64,000 bases of DNA, from assembly GCA_002269645.1 (NCBI GenBank), contig NIVC01002252.1, positions 125,530-189,529 on the forward strand, read 5' to 3'. Every line of letters begins with the position of its first letter. Positions within the stretch are counted from its first letter, which is position 1. The notes beneath the pieces are model-generated. The model did no database searches, was not told the origin of the DNA, and saw only the letters and a program-made list of their open reading frames with translations. The position numbers were made by a program, and so were the translations under genes. The DNA is from Macrostomum lignano. Its lineage: Eukaryota. Shown in pieces: positions 1-12,796 of the stretch.

Positions 1-260
1 GGTGAGAGGGTAAGAGAGTAGATGAGAGGGTAAGAGGGTGGGTGAGAGGGTAAGTGAGAGGGTGGGTGAGAGGGTAAGATGGTGGGTGAGAGGGTAAGAG
101 AGTAGGTGAGAGGGTAAGAGGGCGGGTGAGAGGGTAAGAGAGTAGGTGAGAGGGTAAGAGAGTGGGTGAGAGGGTAAGAGAGTAGGTGAGAGGGTAAGAG
201 AGTGGGTGAGAGGGTAAGAGAGTAGGTGAGAGGGTAAGAGGGTAAGAGGGTAAGAGGGTG
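1..260. repeat. GA-rich ~20-bp minisatellite (GTGAGAGGGTAAGAGAGTAG)
   Basis: Tandem copies read directly; lies about 140 bp past the EXOC5 stop. Confidence 0.9.
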
Positions 261-399
261 TGTAGCACTGTTGCGCTCAAGAACAGGTAACTGCAAGCTA
301 ATGAAGCCGGATACAAAACAACAAACTACTGCAATTCAAAATCTCACAACAGATAATAACCACCCCCTCCCTAAAATCGCAACTGGTAAAAAATTATTC

Positions 400-3300
400 T
401 TAAATCTTTTCTAACGCAGCCTTGACCTCAGCGCTACCGCTGTCGGTCCTGAGCATAATGAAGCTCTGCTTGACCTCCCTACTCAGCGATCGAAGCGACT
501 CCTCCTCGCAGATGTCGTGCAGATTAGCTGGTTGGATCACCAGCAAGTTCAGCAGTTTGCACAGCACATCGTACAGGTCGTGGCCGTCAACAAGGAACCC
601 GGAGTGCCTGACCGGTTTCAGACAGGCCATGTACTCCGTGAGGTCGCACAGCGCTTGCAGGCCGCCAGACAGGGAGTACTTGAACTTGTGCAGGTGCTCG
701 ACCAGGCATCTGGGGTCGGGGGAGATACATGTATATGGGATGCAGAATGTGGCTTCTCGTTCAAATCCTTAATCCCGTAATCCTTATCTTCAAACCTGAT
801 CCTCTCCATAATTTCCTATCTCATTTTCCCCATACCCCTGCATCCCAGAATCCTCATACTTAAATCCCATCTTTTGTCCCCCTTCCTCAGCATTTCAAAT
901 CTCCGCCCTAAAGCATCCCAAGTTTCCAATTTTAGCATCGCAAATCTCCATCCTCAGCATCCCAAGTCATTATCCTCCGCATCCCAAATCCTCATCCTCA
1001 GCATCCCGAATCACCATAACCTGAACATACTAAATTCCCATCCTCAGCATCCCGAATCCCCATCCTCAGCATCCTAAATCCCCATATCCTCAGCATCCTA
1101 AATCCCCATATCCTCAGCATCCCAAATCCCCATATCCTCAGCATCCCAAATCCCCATATCCTCAGCATCCCAAATCCCCATTGTCAGCATCCCAAATCCC
1201 GATTGTCAGCATCCCAAATCCCCATATCCTCAGCATCCCAAATCCCCATATCCTCAGCATCACAAATCCCCATATCCTCAGCATCCTAAATCCCCATATC
1301 CTCAGCATCCTAAATCCCCATATCCTCAGCATCCCAAATCCCCATATCCTCAGCATCCTAAATCCCCATATCCTCAGCATCCCAAATCCCCATATCCTCA
1401 GCATCCTAAATCCCCATATCCTCAGCATCCCAAATCCCCATATCCTCAGCATCCTAAATCCCCATATCCTCAGCATCTTAAATCCCCATATCCTCAGCAT
1501 TTTAAATCCCCATATCCTCAGCATCCCAAATCCCCATTGTCAGCATCACAAAATTCCATCCCATCTCCAATCCAACCCTCCATCTCCGCCACCCACCTGT
1601 ACAGCCGGATCCCCAGCTCATCCCGGAACAGCTGCCCATTCTTGCCGTCCAGGAAGGCCAGCCGCCCCACCACGTGGCCGCTGATGTAGGCGCAGACCTG
1701 GGCGCAGGCGTGCGTAGCCCCGCCGCTGATGCTGGCGCCGCCGTCTGAACCGCCAATTGGTGGTCGAAAATCGGCAGCTTTCTGCTCGGAGTTCAACAGG
1801 TGCCGGACGTGGCCGACAATGGCGGCCAGGGTTCGCTCCAGGCCTTGCTGGATTTGAGCTTCCAGACCGCAGCTGATTGCTCGACGACGCTCTTGCACCT
1901 TGGGTGGGGGATTTGAGAAGTGGGAGTCAAGTCTGGACAATGAAATCCCACATGTAAACAGTTGAAACAGATATTTATACAATTTATCTATAAAATCAAA
2001 GCAGAGATCTTCACAATCAAAGAAGAGATCTACACAATCAAAGCAGAGATCTACACAATTGATCTACACAATTAAAACAGAGATCTACACACTGATCTAC
2101 ACAATCAAAGCAGAGATCTCCACACGGAGCTACACAATCAAAACAGAGATCTACACAATCAAAACAAAGATCTACACAATCAAAGCAGAGATCTACACAA
2201 TTGATCTACACAATTAAAACAGAGATCTACACACTGATCTACACAATCAAAGCAGAGATCTACACACTGAGCTACACAATCAAAGCAGAGATCTACACAA
2301 TCAAAGCAGAGATTTACACAATCAAAGCAGAGATCTACACAATCAAAGCAGAGATTTACACAATCAAAGCAGAGATCTACACAATCAAAGCAGAGACCTA
2401 CACAATCAAAGCAGAGATCTACACAATCAAAGCAGAGATTTACACAATCAAAGCAGAGATCTACACAATCAAAGCAGAGATCTACACAATCAAAGCAGAG
2501 ATCTACACAATCAAAGCAGAGATCTACACACTGATCTACACAATAAAAGCAGAGATCTACACATTTAAAACAGAGATCTACAAACTGATCTACACAATCA
2601 AAGCAGAGATCTACACACTGAGCTACACAATCAAAGCAGAGATCTACACACTGAGCTACACAATCAAAGCAGAGATCTACACACTGATCTACACAATCAA
2701 AGCAGAGATCTCCACACGGAGCTACACAATCAAAACAGAGATCTACACAATCAAAACAAAGATCTACACAATCAAAGCAGAGATCTACACAATTGATCTA
2801 CACAATTAAAACAGAGATCTACACACTGATCTACACAATCAAAGCAGAGATCTACACACTGAGCTATACAATCAAAGCAGAGATCTACACAATCAAAGAA
2901 GAGATCTACACAATCAAAGCAGAGATCTGCACAATCAAAGCAGAGATCTACACAATCAAAGCAGAGATCTACACAATCAAAGCAGAGATCTACACAATCA
3001 AAGCAGAGATCTACACACTGATCTACACAATAAAAGCAGAGATCTACACATTTAAAACAGAGATCTACAAACTGATCTACACAATCAAAGCAGAGATCTA
3101 CACACTGAGCTACACAATCAAAGCAGAGATCTACACACTGATCTACACAATCAAAGCAGAGATCTCCACACGGAGCTACACAATCAAAACAGAGATCTAC
3201 ACAATCAAAACAAAGATCTACACAATCAAAGCAGAGATCTACACAATTGATCTACACAATTAAAACAGAGATCTACACACTGATCTACACAATCAAAGCA

Positions 3301-6300
3301 AAGATCTACACACTGAGCTATACAATCAAAGCAGAGATCTACACAATCAAAGAAGAGATCTACACAATCAAAGCAGAGATCTGCACAATCAAAGCAGAGA
3401 TCTACACAATCAAAGAAGAGATCTACACAATCAAAGCAGAGATCTACACAATCAAAGCAGAGATCTACACACTGATCGACACAATCAAAGCAGAGATCTA
3501 CACAATCAAAGCAGAGATCTACACACTGATCGACACAATCAAAGCAGAGATCTACACAATCAAAGCAGAGATCTACACAATTGATCTACACAATTAAAAC
3601 AGAGATCTACACACTGATCTACACAATCAAAGCAGAGATCTCCACACGGAGCTACACAATCAAAACAGAGATCTACACAATCAAAACAAAGATCTACACA
3701 ATCAAAGCAGAGATCTACACAATTGATCTACACAATTAAAACAGAGATCTACACACTGATCTACACAATCAAAGCAGAGATCTACACACTGAGCTACACA
3801 ATCAAAGCAGAGATCTACACAATCAAAGAAGGGATCTACACAATCAAAGCAGAGATCTACACAATCAAAGCAGAGATCTACACAATCAAAGCAGAGACCT
3901 ACACAATCAAAGCAGAGATCTACACAATCAAAGCAGAGATCTACACAATCAAAGAAGAGATCTACACAATCAAAGCAGAGATCTACACAATCAAAGCAGA
4001 GATCTACACACTGATCGACACAATCAAAGCAGAGATCTACACAATCAAAGCAGAGATCTACACAATTGATCTACACAATTAAAACAGAGATCTACACACT
4101 GATCTACACAATCAAAGCAGAGATCTCCACACGGAGCTACACAATCAAAACAGAGATCTACACAATCAAAACAAAGATCTACACAATCAAAGCAGAGATC
4201 TACACAATTGATCTACACAATTAAAACAGAGATCTACACACTGATCTACACAATCAAAGCAGAGATCTACACACTGAGCTACACAATCAAAGCAGAGATC
4301 TACACAATCAAAGAAGAGATCTACACAATCAAAGCAGAGATCTACACAATCAAAGCAGAGATCTACACACTGAGCTACACAATCAAAGCAGAGATCTACA
4401 CACTGAGCTACACAATCAAAGCAGAGATCTACACACTGAGCTACACAATCAAAGCAGAGATCTACACACTGAGCTACACAATCAAAGCAGAGATCTACAC
4501 ACTGAGCTACACAATCAAAGCAGAGATCTACACACTGAGCTACACAATCAAAGCAGAGATCTACACACTGAGCGACACAATCAAAGCAGAGATCTACACA
4601 CTGAGCTACACAATCAAAGCAGAGATCTACACACTGAGCTACACAATCAAAGCAGATATCTACACACTGAGCTACACACTGAGCCACAAGCTGCACCAAC
4701 CTGAGCAAGCTGTGGCGAAGCGCCACCAGGCGCGGATTTAAGCGCCGGCGCCAAGATCTCGGAGTACTTGCTCTCGCACAGATGAAAAATCATATTGGCT
4801 TCGCGAACAGCTTCTAAGAAGCTGAGATTCGGCCTCTGAGCAACTTCATCAGTCTGAGGCAGGCCCAGAGCCGCCAAGCGCAGTCCATAGGTCACGTGCT
4901 CATCGTAGATGTACCTAAAGAATATGTCGGCCAGCTCTTTGGCCCGTTGGAAGAACTCGGAGCTCTGCGACAGATGCCTGCAACGCGAGCAGCTCTGAGA
5001 CACTTCGGCAACGATGTTAGCGACTGACAGGCCGCAGAGCAGAACCCGGCCGGCGCCCTGCTCTTCGGACACGCCGGAGAAAATGTGCTGCAACAGGTTG
5101 TGCGGCCCCACCTGCTGCTGTTGAAGCACCTGCATTTGTGTGCGCAATAAAAAAATAATTAAAAATTCTGAATCACTACTATAAGTATATCAGACCTGTG
5201 GCATGAGAATATCCCAGGATACGATGAGAGATAATGAGAGAATTATGAAAAATGATAAAATAATAAGAGATGATGAGATGAGATAATCGTGAGATACATG
5301 ATAAGATAAGAGAATCGCGAGAGAGATTATGAGATGAGAGAATCGTGAGAGAGATGATGAGATGAGAAAATCGTGAGATAGATGATAAGATAAGAGAATC
5401 GCGAGAGAGATTATGAGATGAGAGAATCGAGAGAGATGATGAGAGAATCGAGAGAGATTGAGAGAATCGAGAGAGATGATGAGAGAATCGAGAGAGATTG
5501 AGAGAATCTAGAGAGAGATGATGAGAGAATCGAGAGAGATGATGAGAGAATCGAGAGAGATAATGAGAGAATCGAGGGAGATAATGAGATGTTGAGAGAA
5601 TCGAGAGATGATGAGATATGCTGAGAGAATTGAGAGAGATGATGAGAGAATCGAGAGAGATTATGAGAAAAGCGGGAGAGATGATGAGAGAACGCAGAGA
5701 TGATGAGAGAATCGAGAGAGATGATGAGAAAACCGGGAGAGATGATGAGAGAATCGCAGAGATGATAAGATACTATCAGTCACAATACGTCGGTGCCAAA
5801 AAACAACAGAACACTCGCCTCCTTCCGTCGCACATGCCCCTGCTCCTCATAATACCTATCGAGCACCATCTGGCACCGTTCGTTAAGATTCTCCCGTTCC
5901 ACTTGGAAGTAGCCGGACAGGTAAGGCAGGAACAGCGTGTGGCTCAGCTTGGCAAGGTCCACCCCCAGATGCAATTCGGCCAGGTCGTCGCAGGCTCGCC
6001 GATTCTCTTGATGGACAGATTCGAGCACTTTCAAATAGGCCGTCCGATCGTTGGGATCTACTTGACGAAATCGGTTAGCAACTAGATCTTTGAGGCGTTT
6101 GGAGAATATAGCCTGACATAATTAAGGTAGGGAGAGAAATTTCAGATAAATTTATGCTGCTGCGAGGATAAGGTAATCATTTATTTAGATAGCAACTATT
6201 TACACTTCAGGTAGTAACTAACTACAATTCAGATAGCAACTAATTACACTTCAGGAGCAACTAATTACACTTCAGATAGCAACTAAATATACTTCAGATA

Positions 6301-9300
6301 GCAACTAATTACACTTCAGGTAGCAACTAAATATACTTCAGATAGCAACTAATTACACTTCAGGTAGCAACGGATTACACTTCAGGTAGCAACTAATTAC
6401 ACTTCAGGTAGCAACGGATTACACTTCAGGTAGCAACTAATTACACTTCAGGTAGCAACAGATTACACTTCAGGTAGCAACTAATTACACTTCAGGTAGC
6501 AACTGATTACACTTCAGGTAGCCACTAATTACACTTCAGGTAGCAACGGATTACACTTCAGGTAGCAACTAATTACACTTCAGGTAGCAACTAATTAAAC
6601 TTCAAGTAGCAGCTGATTACACTTTAGATAGCTAATTACACTTCAGATAGCAACTAATTACACTTCAGGTAGCAACTAATTACACTTCAGATAGCAACTA
6701 ATTACACTTCAGGTGGCAACTAATTACACTTCAGGTAGCAACTAATTAAACTTCAAGTAGCAGCTGATTACACTTTAGATAGCAACTAATTACACTTCAG
6801 GTAGCAACTAATTACACTTCAGATAGCAACTAAATATACTTCAGGTAGCAACTAATTACACTTCAGGTAGCAACTAATTACACTTTAGATAGCAACTAAT
6901 TACACTTCAGGTAGCAACTAATTACAATTCAGATAGCAACTAATTACACTTCAGATAGCAACTAATTATACTTCAGATAGCAACTAATTACACTTCAGGT
7001 AGCAACTAATTACACTCCAGATAGCGAATAATTACACTTCAGATAGTTGCTATTACACTTCTATAATTACACTTCACTAATTACACAAATCATCTTGATA
7101 ACCTACCTGAATAAAATCGCACATAACAGGTTCAGGACTAGCAAAGATCAACCGCGCCGATTCCATAGTTCGGCTAACGCACTGTTTCAATTCTCTGTGC
7201 ACATCCGAGTCCAAATATGGCAAAGTTTTCAAACTTTCGGTCACGAATCGTTCGGTGCATCTTGAATAGGCTTTGAAGCTGGCAAGAATGACGGATAGGC
7301 GATGGCAGTAGTTGTAGTCTTTGCTCAGAAATGCCGACTCAAATTCTTTGTAGAGAAACTCGTCTACTTTCTTGTATTGCTCTGCAATTCGCGAGGGAGG
7401 TTGTGGTAGTAGACTTGCATATTTCAGATCATACTGATGATGTCAGGTGATGATGTCAGGTGATGCTGATGATGTCAGGTGATGCTGATGATGTCAGGTG
7501 ATGCTGATGATGTCAGGTGATGCTGATGATGTCAGGTGATGCTGATGATGTCAGGTGATGCTGATGATGTCAGATGATCCTGATGATGTCAGATGATCCT
7601 GATGATGTCAGATGATACTGATGATGTCAGATGATCCTGATGATGTCAGATGATACTGATGATGTCAGATGATCCTGATGATGTCAGATGATCCTGATGA
7701 TGTCAGATGATCCTGATGATGTCAGATGATCCTGATGATGTCAGATGATCCTGATGATGTCAGATGATACTGATGATGTCAGATGATACTGATGATGTCA
7801 GGTGATACTAATAATGTCAGGTGATACTGATGATGTCAGGTGATACTGATGATGTCAGGTGATACTGATGATGTCAGGTGATACTGATGATGTCAGGTGA
7901 TACTAATAATGTCAGGTGATACTGATGATGTCAGGTGATACTGATGATGTCAGGTGATACTGATGATGTCAGGTGATACTAATAATGTCAGGTGATACTG
8001 ATGATGTCAGGTGATGCTGATGATGTCAGGTGATGCTGATGATGTCAGGTGATGCTGATGATGTCAGGTGATGCTGATGATGTCAGGTGATTCTGATGAT
8101 GTCAGGTGATTCTGATGATGTCAGGTGATTCTGATGATGTCAGGTGATTCTGATGATGTCAGGTGATCCTTATGATGTCAGGTGATACTGATTGTCGATG
8201 ATGTCAGGTCATACTGAAGATGTCAGGTCATACTGATGATGTCAGGCCATACTTATGATGTCAAACGATACAGAATGGTAGATGATAAAATTGAGTGCAA
8301 ATGTGGCAACAAAAAATATCCTACCAATAATTCGCTGCTTAGTCTTGAGGAATTCGTCAGTGTCAGGAAACTCTGAGCAGATCTGGTACAGCTTCTGAAT
8401 GGTGGCCGCGGTCTCAGCAAGCTGGAACAGAGTGCATGTGGCTTGATTTAAAAATTTAGGGCCCGACGCATACAGAAGCCTATTCAGATAGCTGTGTACT
8501 AACCGCGGCCAACTCTGCTTAACTTTCAGGCATTATTGACGAGGTCACAACCTATAGAACCTATATAGCATCCACTGCAGAATCAGTGGGGGGGGTAAAG
8601 GGTTTAATGCGGTATTCCCCGAAGAATGGGGGTTCAATGCGGCATCCCCTGAAGAATGGGGGGGGGGTTCAATGCGGCATCCCCTGAAGAATGGGGGGGG
8701 TCAATGCGGCATCCCCTGAAGAATGGGGGGAGTCAATGCGGCATCCCCTGAAGAATGGAGGGGGGGGTTCAATGCGGCATCCCCTGAAGAATGGGGGGGG
8801 GTTCAATGCGGCATCCCCTGAAGAATGGGGGGGGTCAGTGCGGCATCCCCTGAAGAATGGGGGTCAGTGCGGCATCCCCTGAAGAATGGGGGGGGTCAGT
8901 GCGGCATCCCCTGAAGAATGGGGGGGGGGGGGTTCAATGCGGCATCCCCTGAAGAATGGGGGGGGTTCAATGCGGCATCCCCTGAAGAATGGGGGGGTCA
9001 GTGCGGCATCCCCTGAAGAATGGGGGGAGTCAATGCGGCATCCCTGAAGAATGGAGGGGGGGGTTCAATGCGGCATCCCCTGAAGAATAGGGGGGGGGGT
9101 TCAATGCGGCATCCCCTGAAGAATGGAGGGGGGGTCAGTGCGGCATCCCCTGAAGAATGGGGGGGGTTCAATGCGGCATCCCCTGAAGAATGGGGGGGGT
9201 TCAATGCGGCATCCCCTGAAGAATGGGGGGGGGGTTCAATGCGGCATCCCCTGAAGAATGGGGGGGGTCAGTGCGGCATCCCCTGAAGAATGGGGGGTCA

Positions 9301-11180
9301 GTGCGGCATCCCCTGAAGAATGGGGGGGGGTCAGTGCGGCATCCCCTGAAGAATGGGGGGGGGGGTTCAATGCGGCATCCCCTGAAGAATGGGGGGGGGG
9401 TTCAATGCGGCATCCCCTGAAGAATGGGGGGGGGGGTCAGTGCGGCATCCCCTGAAGAATGGGGCTGGGTCAATGTGGCATCCCCTGAAGAATGGGGGGT
9501 CAGTGCGGCATCCCCTGAAGAATGGGGGGTCAGTGCGGCATCCCCTGAAGAATGGGGGGTCAATGCGGCATCCCCTGAAGAATGGGGCTGGGTCAATGCG
9601 GCATCCCCTGAAGAATGGGGCTGGGTCAATGCGGCATCCCCTGAAGAATGGGGCTGGGTCAATGCGGCATCCCCTGAAGAATGGGGCTGGGTCAATGCGG
9701 CATCCCCTGAAGAATGGGGCTGGGTCAATGTGGCATCCCCTGAAGATTCATACTAACTACGGGTATTCCAAATGAATATTTCACCTTGGGCGAGCCATGC
9801 GTCAACTCGAACGAAGTGCGCGACTCCAAGCAGAACTCGTGCAGGTGCCTCACTAGCAGCTCCATCTCGGCTAGCCGCTCTCTTGGCCCGTTGGCCGACT
9901 CGAGCTGGTCGCCAAGGTGACCGGCCTTGTGCGACACGGCGGTGATTCTGCGATCCAGCTGATCGAAGTGATCGCGCACCTGTTTTGGGTTAATTAGTGA
10001 ACTCATTAGGTAGTTTAACCTAAACTCATTAGGTAGTTAAACCTAAACTCATTAGGTAGTTTAACCTAAACTCATTAGGTAGTTTAACCTGAACTTATTA
10101 GATAGTTTAACCTAAACTCATTAGGTAGTTAAACCTAAACTCATTAGGTCGTTTAACCTAAACTGATTAGATGGTTTAACCTAAACTCATTAGATGGTTT
10201 AACCTAAACTCATTAGGTAGTTAAACCTAAACTAATTAGGTAGTTTAACCTAAACTCATTCGATGGCTAACCTAAGCTAAGCTAATTAGATTGGTTGACC
10301 TAAATTCATTAGTTGGTTAACCTAAACTTATTTAGATGATTATTATAACTTCAACGTCATTATATGAATATTATCTTTATGATTCCAAACTAAACTAAGT
10401 CTACAGTGTCCACTAACCCAGACGAGGATGCAGTTATCAACAATCTCACCTGCTCAAACGTGGCATAGATACTAGCCACTTCGTCTCTGCATCGAGTCTC
10501 CTCAGTTTTGGCCCGCTCAATCAGCCTGCTCTGGTCCTGATGCAGAGCCGCTCTCAGCTCGTCTAGCTGGGCTACAACGCGCTCAAAACAGGCGGTGAGT
10601 CTGTCTGGATCGAATGCTCCGGGTTTCTGGCGAGCTGGATTTTCTCTGAGCTCCTTCAAAGCTTGGGTGTCAACAAAGTGTAGACAGTCGAAGTCCTTTA
10701 ATTAGTTGTAGGAATTGTGCAGTCGGTTAATTAATCAGATAGGGCAGGGGTTTGAAACCTTCTGTACTCAGTAGCTATATAACAAAATAAATTGACAAAA
10801 ATAGCTTTTCCTTCTGTGTATTTACACTGTAAAGAGAGAGGTAAGGAGATAGGAAAGGGGGGAGAGAGAAGAGGAAAGAGAAGAGGAGAGGAGATGGAAA
10901 GGGGAGAGGAGAAAGGAGACAACATGAGATGGACAAAAGAAGAGGGCAAAGCAACAAGCAAGTGATAAATTTACATGCTTCGAAAAAAATTAGGCGCTCA
11001 TACAGCAACTTCAACTACAAGTTTATGATAAATAGTTGAAGACAAATAGGGAGGCCAGATATTGCCAACATGTGAGGTAGGGATATTATTATGAATCATT
11101 ACTTTAATAAAAAATTAATTTATTTAATGGATTATTACCTCAATTGTAAGCTCATCTTGAAGTTTAGTTAGTCCATCCAT
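400..11180 (-). CDS. EXOC5: Exocyst complex component 5 (Sec10), 9 coding exons, ~729 aa
   Basis: Exons 11139-11180 (MDGLTKLQDELTIE), 10450-10695, 9785-9979, 8325-8421, 7107-7381, 5819-6112, 4701-5129, 1597-1898, 400-709. They sum to 2190 nt with consistent phases, and all introns are GT-AG except a probable GC-AG at 5818. Motifs match Sec10 as recalled: AFDP, HLGDQLE, TIQKL, SFLEAVREANMIFHL, EQKAADFRP, LDGKN...ELGIRL, ALCDLTEY. Confidence 0.93.
1060..1545. repeat. 24-bp minisatellite CAGCATCCCAAATCCCCATATCCT in EXOC5 intron 8
   Basis: About 20 tandem units; source of spurious ORFs 1162..1524 and 1181..1684. Confidence 0.95.
1985..4690. repeat. 21-bp minisatellite AAAGCAGAGATCTACACAATC (with 12-bp variants) filling EXOC5 intron 7
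   Basis: About 2.7 kb of tandem units, each with AGATCT; source of the YTIKAEI ORFs. Confidence 0.97.
5215..5765. repeat. GA-rich ~19-21-bp minisatellite (GATGATGAGAGAATCGAGAGA) in EXOC5 intron 6
   Basis: Degenerate tandem units read directly. Confidence 0.9.
6185..7085. repeat. 22-bp minisatellite AGCAACTAATTACACTTCAGGT in EXOC5 intron 5
   Basis: About 40 tandem units. Confidence 0.95.
7425..8260. repeat. 19-bp minisatellite TGATGATGTCAGGTGATRC in EXOC5 intron 4
   Basis: About 43 units, with variant blocks clustered. Confidence 0.95.
8587..9745. repeat. ~30-38-bp minisatellite GAAGAAT(G)nTTCAATGCGGCATCCCCT in EXOC5 intron 3
   Basis: Constant core with a variable poly-G run. Confidence 0.95.
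10005..10330. repeat. 23-bp minisatellite TAAACTCATTAGGTAGTTTAACC in EXOC5 intron 2
   Basis: About 14 units. Confidence 0.93.
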
Positions 11181-12796
11181 TGTAAAAAGTTTTGTTGGCA
11201 AAATTCATGAATAAAATTTAGATGAACTATTTTATAAAGCTTTCTATATATATAGTTTATAGAATATGCTATGGTCATAGCAACTTCTCTGTAAAAACAT
11301 ATTTGCAAACCATATAAAAATATTAACATACTAAAGTCAACTTTTCATTTAAAAGAATTTAAATTATAGCTTCAATTCAAGCTTAAGGTCTTATTTATAA
11401 AAGACAAAGAAGTACATATAACATAAAATTTTTAGAATATAAAATTTTTATAAGCTGTGCCTAATATAGTTTTAGATGAAAAAAAATTTGTTAATATATA
11501 TTAGGCTTTTTGGGCTTAAATGCAATATCACTAAGTGGTTATTATCTTATTCTTAGCAACTATAAACATATAATAAAAATATTTATTCTGTAAAAATATT
11601 TATTTTATAAAAAATTGATATTAGCTACATACCTTGACTATATTATAAATATAAAGTTTTAGACTTAGCAATAGTATGTATTTGTTTATTGATAAAAATA
11701 TTTTTATATAAAATAATAGGGGGCCTATAAAAATCATTATTAATTAAGGAACTAATATTTCAATTTGCTTAAACATATTTATAAAACATAGGCCTAGAGG
11801 TATTGTGCAAATAAAAAATGTACCAATTTTGTTTTGAAAAAAGATATGATTTAGTTTCGCAATTTATTTAACAACAAAAATAATTTTTCATTATTTAGAT
11901 TAATAGTAATACTATTTATAATATTTAAACAAATATATATTTGTTTATTTGTCTTCTATATTATACTTTTTAATGAAGAAAGACTTGTTTAGAATGGACC
12001 TATAAAAGGAAATTATATAGCCATATGGGTATTCCTATAGATGCTATACTGTTATCTATTTTGTAGCCTTAGAAACATAATTCAATTAGATTGGGCCTAA
12101 ATGCTAAAATACTATACTAAATAATATGTTTAGTAACTTTAAGTTTAGGAATTTTGTTAAAATTTGTCAAATTAAAGTTTTAATCAGTCCCTATTTCTAT
12201 GAGTTCATAATGATGAGAAAACATGTCTACAACAATGAGTATGAATCATGATTGATTAGGTGATCACTGATTATTAGGCCTTCTTGTTTCCTTTCCTAAT
12301 CTCTGCCTTCCTCAGGTTAGCTTGCATATCTCATTATTTTTACAGTAAATACCATAGGTTGAATGCCTTTGTCGTGGTATGCTATATATATTACAATATA
12401 TATATTTTTTGCATAAGCTTTATGCTCAGGCAAAAACACTTTGTTCATTGGCCAACCTAGCCAGAACTGTATATTTTCAATTGCTTCGTAGAAAGTGCAA
12501 AAAGTTGAAAAGTTGGAAATATTTACTAATGTCCCCAAAAAATATTTAATTTAATTTTGACAAAGAAATTATATCATGGAAAAATTTTATTCAACGCTTT
12601 TGTATTCTAAAGGATACTAATTTTTAAGAATTTTTTCTTTTCTTTTTGTTATACTCAGTTTGCGCGATAAAGCATGCACACTTTAATTAAATTGTATAAA
12701 TCCAATTATAGTGTTCACCTAAAATACAACGGTCAGAAAAAGATACAATTACTTAATACTAAACTCGAACATAGTCCCTAGGATTTTAAATACCAA

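Noticed and set aside
1162-4741. Long repetitive ORFs (MLRIWGF, YTIKAEI, CVDLCFD)
   Set aside because: They are translations of intronic minisatellites whose unit length is a multiple of 3, and they lie within the EXOC5 intron model.
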